DNA of 64,000 nucleotides from positions 18,613 through 82,612 of the IMG/VR virus record IMGVR_UViG_3300029915_000016, one strand, 5' to 3'. The notes beneath the pieces are model-generated. The model searched no databases. It saw nothing but the letters and a program-made list of their open reading frames with translations, and was not told where the DNA came from. Numbering within the stretch: position 1 is the first letter of the stretch; each line of letters starts with the position of its first letter. The position numbers were made by a program, and so were the translations under genes. This document shows positions 52,200 through 61,209 of the stretch, one piece after another. Source of the stretch: a virus.

Positions 52200-53013
52200 T
52201 CGCATATCCTCCGTTTGGTTTATTTAATCCGTAAGGGTTTGTGATTGCTTTCTCGATATTCTCAGAATTTTTCACTAACCAATCAAACGTTGCCACCCAA
52301 CCACTGTCGTTTTCTCCCATCAAAAACGGTTTGACTCTGCAATTTTCAACCGCCTCTGAAAATCTTTCGATGGTTAATCCAGCCCTGATTCGCGCTTGGA
52401 CTTTCTTTCTTCTCCCATCTGTGAACTTGTCCACTTTTGGTAGTTTTCCTCTAAGGCGGTTCCATGTGTTCGCAAATTCTTCAGGACGAATATTTGTATC
52501 TACGGGAGCCGTAGGCAACAAGGGTGATAACCCTTGTTCTTTATCGCTCTCTAGTTTCTTGTCTCTAGTATCTACTCTTGCGGCACTGTCATTGACACCA
52601 TCATTGCCATTGTCATTGACATTCTCATTGACACCATCAAGGCGAATATCGTAAATAATATTATCGCAACTAGATGATTTATCAGAGTTTACATATAATC
52701 CGCTCATGGCACCAGAAGAGCATCGAAACTTGTTAACTAGAATAGGGTATGAACCATGCTTCCCACGGGTAGGAAAGCGCCGTAGGTAGCCTTTTTGTTC
52801 GAGTTTTTCCAGAGCATCACGACATGTACGAGTTGGTACAGAGTAGACCACAGAAAATAACCCTGCCGACCCATAGCAGAGTCCAGTAGACGGGTTGGTG
52901 TCCGATAAAATAGCCACGTAAAGAGAAGCCTCAAAAAACGATAAACGACCATCCCGGACGTGCTCAAAGAGTCCGCGTCGAAGCTGTACAAATCCAGATC
53001 CACCTATTGCCAT
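51964..53013 (-). CDS. Phage replication initiator (lambda O-like)
   Basis: GFVQLRR N-terminus, wHTH, C-terminal FL.G.N..GW.ATFDWL. Confidence 0.75.
   Translation of the reverse strand: MAIGGSGFVQLRRGLFEHVRDGRLSFFEASLYVAILSDTNPSTGLCYGSAGLFSVVYSVPTRTCRDALEKLEQKGYLRRFPTRGKHGSYPILVNKFRCSSGAMSGLYVNSDKSSSCDNIIYDIRLDGVNENVNDNGNDGVNDSAARVDTRDKKLESDKEQGLSPLLPTAPVDTNIRPEEFANTWNRLRGKLPKVDKFTDGRRKKVQARIRAGLTIERFSEAVENCRVKPFLMGENDSGWVATFDWLVKNSENIEKAITNPYGLNKPNGGYANGRSNDPRTVTQSVQDVIGRARAGTGSNGGSLCSPQSSPNGSDVGDLCFDAFDGIESRASEKTHPKVIEGMPLLAKCG
52589..52636. repeat. Four 12-bp tandem repeats, putative origin iterons
   Basis: TCATTGACACCA/TCATTGCCATTG/TCATTGACATTC/TCATTGACACCA inside initiator gene. Confidence 0.65.
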
Positions 53014-53023
53014 TAGTAAAACC

Positions 53024-53578
53024 TCAAAAAGGACAGTAATTTGGATCGTTTTCGATCCTTTTTTGTAATTCTGAACGCTGTCTCAAAGTTTCGCTAATGA
53101 CCGGTAAAATGTCCTCAAGAGGAATCTTATTGAAATGAATAAAACTGCAAAATTCAACAACCATAGCTTTCCAAATAGGTTGATTATCTCTTGGATCAAC
53201 ACAACCTAATCGCAACTCAATTGGTAAATCCTCACCCATAAAAGAACGACAAACAGGGCATAATCCACCATAAACATCCCAATGAGTCTTCCTGCATATA
53301 TCGCATTTTGTTCTTTTTGGAGCGCGAAAATCAGATCTACCATAAGTTTCAATGTCGTGGCATCGGCGGCAAAGAACCTGTACGTCTGTATACTCCTCGT
53401 GACCTAAATTTGCGTAGTTAAGATGGTGAACATGTAAATCTTGATCGTAAGCAATAGCGGCCAACCATCTTGGCATATCGCATTTTTCGCAGATATTACC
53501 CGCGTCAATTATGACTTTTCGACGAAATTCCTGCCAATGCTCCGACTGAATATACTTCGCGTATTCTGATTTCTTCAT
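53024..53578 (-). CDS. HNH endonuclease
   Basis: Y..YI.S.HW...CEKC..LHVHH..Y..LG.E....VLCRRCH. Confidence 0.85.
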   Translation of the reverse strand: MKKSEYAKYIQSEHWQEFRRKVIIDAGNICEKCDMPRWLAAIAYDQDLHVHHLNYANLGHEEYTDVQVLCRRCHDIETYGRSDFRAPKRTKCDICRKTHWDVYGGLCPVCRSFMGEDLPIELRLGCVDPRDNQPIWKAMVVEFCSFIHFNKIPLEDILPVISETLRQRSELQKRIENDPNYCPF

Positions 53579-53999
53579 ACACCCTCAAAGGGCAAGGCTC
53601 TCCCGACCGCGTGAACTTCAAGGTCTGCGTGGGATAGGTTGCCAGCGATTTATGTTACGCCTTCACCTTTGAAAGTTTCGCGGGGTCAGCTTGGAAGCCA
53701 ACCCCGGAACTTTTCGCTGGCGGGGCATCTAGCAGATCAGGCTAGACAGTTCCCACCCTATTCGCATCCTTTGCTATTTGTCAAGGATTTTCTTTGGGAA
53801 GGCTGATTTTGAATTTCCTATCGCGCTCAGGAAAATAGTCGTCCTATTTATATTCTTAGCGGTAATAAAAATGTAAACTATAGATAACAAAGTAGATAGA
53901 AAATAAATACGAATTATTGAAAATAAGTCTTGACAAACTATGCGCCTAAGACTACGTTTAATTCATTGCAGCCGTAATCCAACGGCGAGGAGAAAGAAA

Positions 54000-54482
54000 A
54001 TGAGCGACAAGTTGACGTTAATCACCAACCTTGATTTCGTGAAGCCGCATGATTCTGATATTCGTTTGTATGTGTGGGCTTTGTTGATTGAACAAAACAA
54101 CGAGAAACAAGGTTTTCTTGGTCCTACGCGGAAGGTGCGCGGTTTCTTGTCTGACGGTAGCCTTCCTGTCTTCGACAAATTCCTAGCCGCTGATCCACTA
54201 CCGCTAAAATTCACTGATGCACAGGGTGCTGATATTTTCATCGGCTGCGATGGGGTACGGAAGCCACTGTTTTCGGGTATGATTCTTGAACTCGCTGGCG
54301 GAGAGAAGTTCGATCTGTTTTTGGATGACGGTAACCGCCCTTTGGACGTGATGGAGTTCACAGATTACCTTGAGGTATGGGAAGCATTGCCGGGGAAGGT
54401 GGCCGAGTATTGGCATAGGCCAAACATGCCGCTTCCGAATTGGGTATCCGCAGAGTCCGTGCGTAGGACGGTGAAAGCATGA
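54000..54482 (+). CDS. Hypothetical protein, first gene of rightward early operon
   Basis: RBS GAGGAG; TTGACA at 53930. Confidence 0.55.
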   Translation: MSDKLTLITNLDFVKPHDSDIRLYVWALLIEQNNEKQGFLGPTRKVRGFLSDGSLPVFDKFLAADPLPLKFTDAQGADIFIGCDGVRKPLFSGMILELAGGEKFDLFLDDGNRPLDVMEFTDYLEVWEALPGKVAEYWHRPNMPLPNWVSAESVRRTVKA

Positions 54483-54865
54483 GCGATATTGAGAAGGATT
54501 ATTTCACTCCTAAGAAATCATTCCGAGAGTTTTTGGAGAAGAAATACCCTCGCATAAAATCCTACATCGGAATTGACGGACTTTTGGAAATAGCAAAGCG
54601 TCACGGTTTGGAGTCTTACACGACGGCGATAGGACCCGGAGCGGATGGGTTGGAGTGTGTTGCTGTTCTTCACTGGAAGGACAAGGATACAGAATTTCGT
54701 GCAACACGTAATGAAGCCATACTAGATGGCAGACGCTCCTCTAAAGTGTGGGACGAGTACCCGGATAGGATGCTTGAACGGTACACGGTAGGAAAAGCCA
54801 TCGAAGCTGAGTTGAAGGACGAACTTGAGCGGGTGAAGTCTCAGGCTGAAGGGAAGCTCGTATGA
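54479..54865 (+). CDS. Short Red-beta/RecT-like protein
   Basis: IGIDGLLEIA and WDEYPDRML motifs. Confidence 0.5.
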   Translation: MSDIEKDYFTPKKSFREFLEKKYPRIKSYIGIDGLLEIAKRHGLESYTTAIGPGADGLECVAVLHWKDKDTEFRATRNEAILDGRRSSKVWDEYPDRMLERYTVGKAIEAELKDELERVKSQAEGKLV

Positions 54866-55221
54866 AAGGTGAACTTTTCATCAGCGATTGCGGCGGTTAC
54901 TACGCCAGAGATTTAGGTGGTTGTAATTTTGAAGTATGGACAAGCAACGGATGCGTTCACTACAGGAATGAAAACCGAAGGCCGATGTGTGAATATCCGA
55001 TGGTTTACCAATTAGGCGGATATTCCGGCACAAAATTAGGACAAAAGAAAGGTTCATTCACGCTCAACCTTTTGCATTGCAACACATCCATCAAAATTAT
55101 AAACTTTAGTGGAAACACGATCATCGACAAGAGAGACGTGATATTCCGTCGCAAGGTTCAGAGTAACCACGTAAAGTCTGTATTGAGAAAGATTGGTGCG
55201 GCTGAAGGGAGACTGGCATGA
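54862..55221 (+). CDS. Hypothetical protein
   Basis: ATGA-coupled. Confidence 0.5.
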   Translation: MKGELFISDCGGYYARDLGGCNFEVWTSNGCVHYRNENRRPMCEYPMVYQLGGYSGTKLGQKKGSFTLNLLHCNTSIKIINFSGNTIIDKRDVIFRRKVQSNHVKSVLRKIGAAEGRLA

Positions 55222-55508
55222 GATTGACACTCTATATAGCAGATCGAAAAACAAACGCATTTATGGCTGCTGCTGATTTGTGTCCATCATATAAAGTCTT
55301 TGTCAAACCCGTTGAACAAGAAACAGAGAGAAAAGGTGTGGGTTCAGACGAGGATTTCATTAACCGTATTATCCAATTGTCTAAATCCGAAAAGGATTAT
55401 TGGATTCCAGCCGTTAAGTATAACGGGTTGATTTACGCCGACGAAGGTATCAGAGAGATTTCTGATGGAAACAAGATCATGTTTATCCAGCAAGGAGTTG
55501 CGGCATGA
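55218..55508 (+). CDS. Hypothetical protein
   Basis: ATGA-coupled. Confidence 0.5.
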   Translation: MRLTLYIADRKTNAFMAAADLCPSYKVFVKPVEQETERKGVGSDEDFINRIIQLSKSEKDYWIPAVKYNGLIYADEGIREISDGNKIMFIQQGVAA

Positions 55509-55798
55509 GCATATCTAAATTTGAACCAAAGCCTTTACCTGACGATGAAATCCGTCTTGCACAAGAGTTGTGCGTAGAGATGGGTGAGTGCGCAGCTACT
55601 TATCACATCGTCATCCAGTTGGGCGAGATTGAACGCCTGAAGCAAGTCAACAAGGAGATGTACGAGGCGCTGAGTAATATCCTGATTTGGGCGTCAACTA
55701 TTGCGTCTCTGTATCCCGGACACGAGAGGAACGAAGGAACAGTAGAGGGAGACATTGCGGCTGCTCGTGCGGCACTTGCTAAGGCAGTGAAGGAATGA
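55505..55798 (+). CDS. Hypothetical phage protein
   Basis: MYEAL...ARAALAKA motif. Confidence 0.55.
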   Translation: MSISKFEPKPLPDDEIRLAQELCVEMGECAATYHIVIQLGEIERLKQVNKEMYEALSNILIWASTIASLYPGHERNEGTVEGDIAAARAALAKAVKE

Positions 55799-56097
55799 AA
55801 CCAGAATACATCATCAAGCAGGGAATCTACAAGATCATCCGCGTAAATGGAACAGAGGAATTGGTATTAGGAAAACCATCCTCTAAGAAGATCATGGAAG
55901 TAATCGACGCGGAAGGACTCGACACGGTAATTCTGGATTTCAAGAACTGCCAAGTGATGATGGTGGACGATACAGGATTGATAGACGGAAAGCCTGAGAA
56001 TCCTATCGCGACACAGCTTTACCGTTCGGTATGCAAGCCGGGAAGTAAGGGAACGATTCACGGGGATGTGGTTTTGGTGAACGACAAGGACTTTTAA
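55795..56097 (+). CDS. DUF3846-like protein
   Basis: MVDDTG...P.N..AT.LY...IHGDVV. Confidence 0.65.
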   Translation: MKPEYIIKQGIYKIIRVNGTEELVLGKPSSKKIMEVIDAEGLDTVILDFKNCQVMMVDDTGLIDGKPENPIATQLYRSVCKPGSKGTIHGDVVLVNDKDF

Positions 56098-56223
56098 CGT
56101 TTCGGTTCGCTCGCTCCTGAGCAGCCGATTACTGGTGAGAGGGATACTCACCCATTCTGACTAGTTAAGGTCATGGATCGCGGTGGGGAGTCGAAAGGCT
56201 CCCTGCTGCTGAAAGAAGGAAAA

Positions 56224-56586
56224 ATGTCAACAACTGATAAGAAATACACACTGCTTGAGAGTTTCTTTATTTTCGTATTTGGTGGATTGGCGGCTGGAGT
56301 AGTGATTCCCTTGATTGGATTGGTCACTTTTCCTCTGGTCATGCTTGTCGCGTGGATCAGGTTGACTGAATGGAATTGGTTTGCTGTTACATATCTTCAT
56401 CTCCCAACCGTCCCGTATTGGGTTGTAGTAGGACTTGGATATTTTATATCCACGTTTAGTCATACAAACTCGCCTAACGGCTATAAACCAACCACCAAAG
56501 ACACCGTAGGCGTGATATTGTTGCCTATTGTCGCTCAACTTATCGGTCTTGGAATCTGCTACATCATCCACATTTACTTGCGGTAA
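56224..56586 (+). CDS. Membrane protein
   Basis: Three hydrophobic segments; RBS AAGGA. Confidence 0.55.
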   Translation: MSTTDKKYTLLESFFIFVFGGLAAGVVIPLIGLVTFPLVMLVAWIRLTEWNWFAVTYLHLPTVPYWVVVGLGYFISTFSHTNSPNGYKPTTKDTVGVILLPIVAQLIGLGICYIIHIYLR

Positions 56587-56616
56587 CCCGGTAATACCGG
56601 AGAAGGATACAGAACA

Positions 56617-57789
56617 ATGGCAACCGATTTGACTATCATTGATCCTAAAACGATTGGATCAGAACTTCAGAAGTACAAGGGACAAATGGAAGCAGCCTTA
56701 CCGCGTCACATGACGGCGGATAGGATGGCAAGAATTGCCTTAACATCCTTGCGTGTTAACCCAAAGCTGTTGAACTGTACTCGTGAGTCGTTTTACGGGT
56801 CACTCATGGCCGCGTCTCAGTTGGGTCTTGAGCCGGGAATTAACGGTCAATGCTATCTGATCCCCTACAAGGCAACTTGCACCCTCATCCCCGGATGGCG
56901 TGGGTACATGGAGTTGCTGAACAGGACAGAGAGGGCGTCGGCGTGGACTGAGGCTGTCTATGATGGTGATGAGTTTGATTACGCTCTTGGAACCAATCCA
57001 ACCATCCATCACAAGCGCGGAAAGTGGGCAGGTACGGAAGCTGCTTTGCAGTTTGTGTATGCGGTAGGACGCATCAAGAACTCCGACTTCCCTATCATCG
57101 ACGTATGGGATATTGCGAAGATTTGGGCGCATCGGGACAAGAATAACAAGTGCTACGACAAATCCGATCATTACTCGTTCAAGCATCCTGAGATGTATTC
57201 ACGGAAGATTCCTCTGCTCCAAGTGTTGAAGTATCTTCCATCGTCTATCGAGTTGGCGAACGCCTCTGCGCTTGACGTGACGGGAACTGAGGGACGGCAA
57301 GCTCTCACTATCGACATGGCTCTTACGGGAGCTTTGGAGAACGGTGCTGATTCCGGGACGCCTAACGAGAATGATCCACGCGAACAGGAACTTGAAACGT
57401 TGTTTGAGAAGTTGGGCAAGAACCCCACCGAGCGCAAGATGTTGCGGGACTCGTATCTGCCACAGGGTAAGATTGACGAACTGATTGCCTCTCTGAAGGG
57501 GCGGTTAGCGCCTGAAGTGAGGACTCAACAGACTCAGGAGCAGAAGCCATCAGAGACAGTGCAACAGACCACCACAGCGGCACAGGACACGCCTCAGACT
57601 CAGCAGACCACCGCACGGCGTCGTGGACGGCCTACACGGGAAGAGATGGCAGCACGGCAACAGGCGGCAGCGCAGCAGGAAACCGCTCAACCTGACACGC
57701 AAGCATCGGCGCAAGCACAGACCGAGCAACCGGCACAGGAATCAAAACCAGTGCAAGCATCGGAATCAGGGCAGTTCTCGTTCGTGTAA
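56617..57789 (+). CDS. recT: RecT single-strand annealing protein with Q/T-rich tail
   Basis: ALPRHM..DRMARI, SQLGLEP..GQCYLIPY, VYDGDEF, KYLP.SIE. Confidence 0.9.
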   Translation: MATDLTIIDPKTIGSELQKYKGQMEAALPRHMTADRMARIALTSLRVNPKLLNCTRESFYGSLMAASQLGLEPGINGQCYLIPYKATCTLIPGWRGYMELLNRTERASAWTEAVYDGDEFDYALGTNPTIHHKRGKWAGTEAALQFVYAVGRIKNSDFPIIDVWDIAKIWAHRDKNNKCYDKSDHYSFKHPEMYSRKIPLLQVLKYLPSSIELANASALDVTGTEGRQALTIDMALTGALENGADSGTPNENDPREQELETLFEKLGKNPTERKMLRDSYLPQGKIDELIASLKGRLAPEVRTQQTQEQKPSETVQQTTTAAQDTPQTQQTTARRRGRPTREEMAARQQAAAQQETAQPDTQASAQAQTEQPAQESKPVQASESGQFSFV

Positions 57790-57911
57790 TCGACCTTTCC
57801 ACGGAAGGTGGAGAGAAGGGTGCGAGTTCACGTTGGCTCGTGAGAGAAATCTATCCGAGGGGCGCGTCTTGGACAACCCAATCGCGCATAGGATTCAACC
57901 GGGAGGGGAAC

Positions 57912-58220
57912 ATGAAAATCATCGCGACAGTTAACAGTAGAAACTTTATTGCCGAATTATCTATCTCGGAGATTGATTACCTAGCAGGTAAGAAGATCGG
58001 AGAAGAAAAAGTATACTACGGCAATGAGAGATCTGTCACGACTGGAACAACCTTCAATATCGTAAAAGCATTCGATCAGATTCACAGAAATGATGAGAGA
58101 AAGAAGCAGGTAGAGTATTTACGCGCCACACTGAACGCGATGCTTGTTGGTTTGGATATGATTGAACCTCTGATTGAGGAGCCAAAGGTTGAGGAAAAAG
58201 AACCGGAGGCTCAATCATGA
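57912..58220 (+). CDS. Hypothetical protein
   Basis: RBS GGAGGGG. Confidence 0.55.
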   Translation: MKIIATVNSRNFIAELSISEIDYLAGKKIGEEKVYYGNERSVTTGTTFNIVKAFDQIHRNDERKKQVEYLRATLNAMLVGLDMIEPLIEEPKVEEKEPEAQS

Positions 58221-58645
58221 ACGCTCTGACAAAGTACGTGTATGACAATACGGAGAGAGGGGAATGTAAATGCGGAAAATGCATAGATTCCGGCAACTCT
58301 CCCGATCCAACCGGGCATACAATCGACATGGTTTTCTTCAAAGTCGCCGTTGATGATGGGGCGTCAATAGATACGTTCAAAGAATTAACGGAAGGGAATC
58401 AAGATGGAGATTTCTGCTCTCTCAATCCGTTGGACGGCAAGGAACATAACTACATGGAACTAGGAGCGTGGATAGGTGACCAAGGACTCGCAATGATGTA
58501 CATGGCTCTTGGCGTGTCTGTTGGTGCGTTCACTCTCCTAAGTCCATCAATGCTTGGATTGAGTGGTCCAGATGCTCTTCAGTTGGCTGGAATGGGTATG
58601 CTGGCAATTCAAGTGAAGAAAGATCAGGTTGAGGTAGCGGCGTGA
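58217..58645 (+). CDS. Hypothetical protein
   Basis: Y.ELGAWIGDQG motif; coupled. Confidence 0.55.
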   Translation: MNALTKYVYDNTERGECKCGKCIDSGNSPDPTGHTIDMVFFKVAVDDGASIDTFKELTEGNQDGDFCSLNPLDGKEHNYMELGAWIGDQGLAMMYMALGVSVGAFTLLSPSMLGLSGPDALQLAGMGMLAIQVKKDQVEVAA

Positions 58646-59664
58646 AAATCGATAATGGATTCAATCTCTACGTTGACGTAACATCTGCCTGCAATGCATC
58701 GTGCCCGTTTTGTATTGCCCCTACTGTTGGCAGGAAAGACGGGATAGGATTCCTTTCTGGCTTGCAATGGGGTTTGACTTTTACAGAAAAGCATGATGGC
58801 TCTGTGCAAGTTACAGGTGGAGAGCCTAGCTTTAGCAGACGATTGCCGATTGTGCTCAACGAAGTAGGAAATCATTCATTCCATCGAAAAGTATTCAACA
58901 GCAACGGGAGTGGAATTGATAGGAGAGTGGTTGGATTATTCTTAGATGCAGGAATTACGCACGTTAATCTGAGCCGTCACCACTACGTTGAGCAGCGTAA
59001 TCAGGAAGTCATGCGCTTCAGCCATGCAGAGTGGGGAAGCGATGAAAGATTCAAGGCGGCAGTTCGGTTGATTCATGAGGCTGGAATTCTTGTACGTGTG
59101 AACTGCAACCTGCTTGCTGGTTATGTGGATTCCGTATCGTCTATGGAGAGGTTTGTTTCGTGGTGCGAATCGTTCGGCGTGAATGACGTGGCATTTTCTG
59201 AGACATTCCATCTCGGTATGTACGAACATAACCTTCCAATCGAATCAGGATACGCAGAGAAGATGGGTGTTGATCTCCAGTATATCGTCAGACGACTCGA
59301 TGCAGAGTGGAACCCTGTCTATGAAACCGCATCAGAGAAGATGGCGAGTTGGGGGCAAACGCAATGGATAAGTTCTTTCTTGGTTGGTGGTCATCGGCGT
59401 TTCTGGAACACGTCAATCGGTGGTCAGATTTCAATTAAGACTATGGCTGGATGGAATCAAGATGGTACTCCGAAACCTCCAATATATTCCAAGGCGGACG
59501 ATCCAGAGTTACGGGATGGAGAAATCTACTTTGCTGTAGTTCATCCAGACGGAGTAGTATCTGCATCGTGGGATAAGAGTGAAAGAAAACTCTTTGTTCC
59601 GAGCGATCTTATTGTTTTAGAACCATTGAAGATGAAGGGTGATTTTCTGGAGGCTTATGCATGA
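58642..59664 (+). CDS. Radical SAM protein
   Basis: CNASCPFC, TGGEP, NSNG. Confidence 0.9.
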   Translation: MKIDNGFNLYVDVTSACNASCPFCIAPTVGRKDGIGFLSGLQWGLTFTEKHDGSVQVTGGEPSFSRRLPIVLNEVGNHSFHRKVFNSNGSGIDRRVVGLFLDAGITHVNLSRHHYVEQRNQEVMRFSHAEWGSDERFKAAVRLIHEAGILVRVNCNLLAGYVDSVSSMERFVSWCESFGVNDVAFSETFHLGMYEHNLPIESGYAEKMGVDLQYIVRRLDAEWNPVYETASEKMASWGQTQWISSFLVGGHRRFWNTSIGGQISIKTMAGWNQDGTPKPPIYSKADDPELRDGEIYFAVVHPDGVVSASWDKSERKLFVPSDLIVLEPLKMKGDFLEAYA

Positions 59665-59873
59665 GACACCGTAAGCAAATGATACCGCGCAAGCCAAAGG
59701 ATATTCTAGGACTTGCTTTGAAGAATCTATCGGTAGGTGAGGAAGTGTTCTGCACATCCAAGACCTACGATGCGATCAAGGACCGAGTACACGAGTTTAC
59801 ACAAGCTCGTCAGGACCGTAGCTGGTCGATATTACAGTGGGGATCGATCAAGAAGATCAAGAGGACCGCATGA
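59661..59873 (+). CDS. Small basic hypothetical protein
   Basis: ATGA-coupled on both sides. Confidence 0.55.
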   Translation: MRHRKQMIPRKPKDILGLALKNLSVGEEVFCTSKTYDAIKDRVHEFTQARQDRSWSILQWGSIKKIKRTA

Positions 59874-61180
59874 GCACAGAACTGGTAAAGATTCAACCGA
59901 GTCCTATCCCGCCACTGAGACAATCAACTCAGGAGTGTCTTAGTTGCCCTAGATTCTACGTTGAAGTCTTCATCAAGGGGCGTAGGACTCCAAGCGGTAT
60001 GGACGCTATGCGCGGAACCGAAATCCATAATACGATGTCTCTGTACCTGTCACATTGCGCTCGCAAGGGTGTAGGAATGGATTTAGACGCCTTCGATAAT
60101 TTTAGCCGTGGTGCAGGACCGCAGGCGTTTAAGATTCTCTCAGGGCTTAGAGATGGTTATCAAGTTGATTACAACAACCTTTTTGCCACGGAAATACGAA
60201 TGGCGTTGGATGAGAATTTTCAACCAACCGATATTGCAGAAGGGTTTCAAGGTCTAGTACAGGACAGCGGTCTACCTGTCGCATACGAGGGTACTCTGGA
60301 TGGACTCTACATGTTCCGCTCAGAGAACACTATTCTAATTGACGACTTCAAATCTCACGTTAAGCCATACGAGCCGAAGGATAAGCCGCAGGCAAAAGAA
60401 TACGCGCTGTTCGTTTTCCAGCACTTCCCTTGGGTTATGACGGTTAAGTTCAGATTGACATTCGTCAGATACAAGCGTTTGACTCGTGAGGTTGTGTTTG
60501 AGCGTTCTGACGTTCCAACTCTTATTGAGGACTTACGTGCTGCTCGTTCAAAACAGATAATGGTGCATGACAATTACGATGCAGGGAACGATATTCAACC
60601 AATCGGCGGATCTCACTGCTTCTACTGCCATCTTCTATCTAACCGTACCTGTCCTATCGCTGAATATAACGAAAACATGCAGTTGACAATGGAAGACAGG
60701 TTGAGTTGGGATAATTGGAACAGTGCTTTCAGTAGGGCAAACAAGAAAGTGTTGAGAGATTATGTGCAGGCAACTGGTAGACGTGTCGTTCTCCGTGACT
60801 ATATGGGGAAGTCGTATGTGTTCGATAAAGAAAGTAAGGAATCAAACGTATATCCGTTGTTTGTAAGAAACGGAAAGGATATTCTAACAGACCCGTCAGG
60901 ATCGCCTATTATGCCTATAGTAGGTCTGTTATTGACACATCGAGAAATTTCACCAGAGGATTGCGATTGGTTGCCGAATATCGTGATTTCCTCTAGCAAA
61001 CTGGAGAGTTATTTGAAAGCGTCTAAGAGGGTAATCACTCACAACGCGGTACAGGACACGGCAGAGAAAGTAACCAAGGTGATAATGAAAGTATCAAAGC
61101 CTTTAGATGTTCTTCCCCCGGACGACTTCGAGGATGAGGACGGAGACGATGGGGAGTTTGGTGAGGACACAGATTTCTAA
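59870..61180 (+). CDS. PD-(D/E)XK exonuclease (RecB/Cas4-like)
   Basis: CPR, RGTEIH, GTLD..IDDFKS, Q...Y, CFYC..C. Confidence 0.85.
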   Translation: MSTELVKIQPSPIPPLRQSTQECLSCPRFYVEVFIKGRRTPSGMDAMRGTEIHNTMSLYLSHCARKGVGMDLDAFDNFSRGAGPQAFKILSGLRDGYQVDYNNLFATEIRMALDENFQPTDIAEGFQGLVQDSGLPVAYEGTLDGLYMFRSENTILIDDFKSHVKPYEPKDKPQAKEYALFVFQHFPWVMTVKFRLTFVRYKRLTREVVFERSDVPTLIEDLRAARSKQIMVHDNYDAGNDIQPIGGSHCFYCHLLSNRTCPIAEYNENMQLTMEDRLSWDNWNSAFSRANKKVLRDYVQATGRRVVLRDYMGKSYVFDKESKESNVYPLFVRNGKDILTDPSGSPIMPIVGLLLTHREISPEDCDWLPNIVISSSKLESYLKASKRVITHNAVQDTAEKVTKVIMKVSKPLDVLPPDDFEDEDGDDGEFGEDTDF

Positions 61181-61209
61181 AGGTAAGACAACCGGGAGAA
61201 AGGGAAGAC

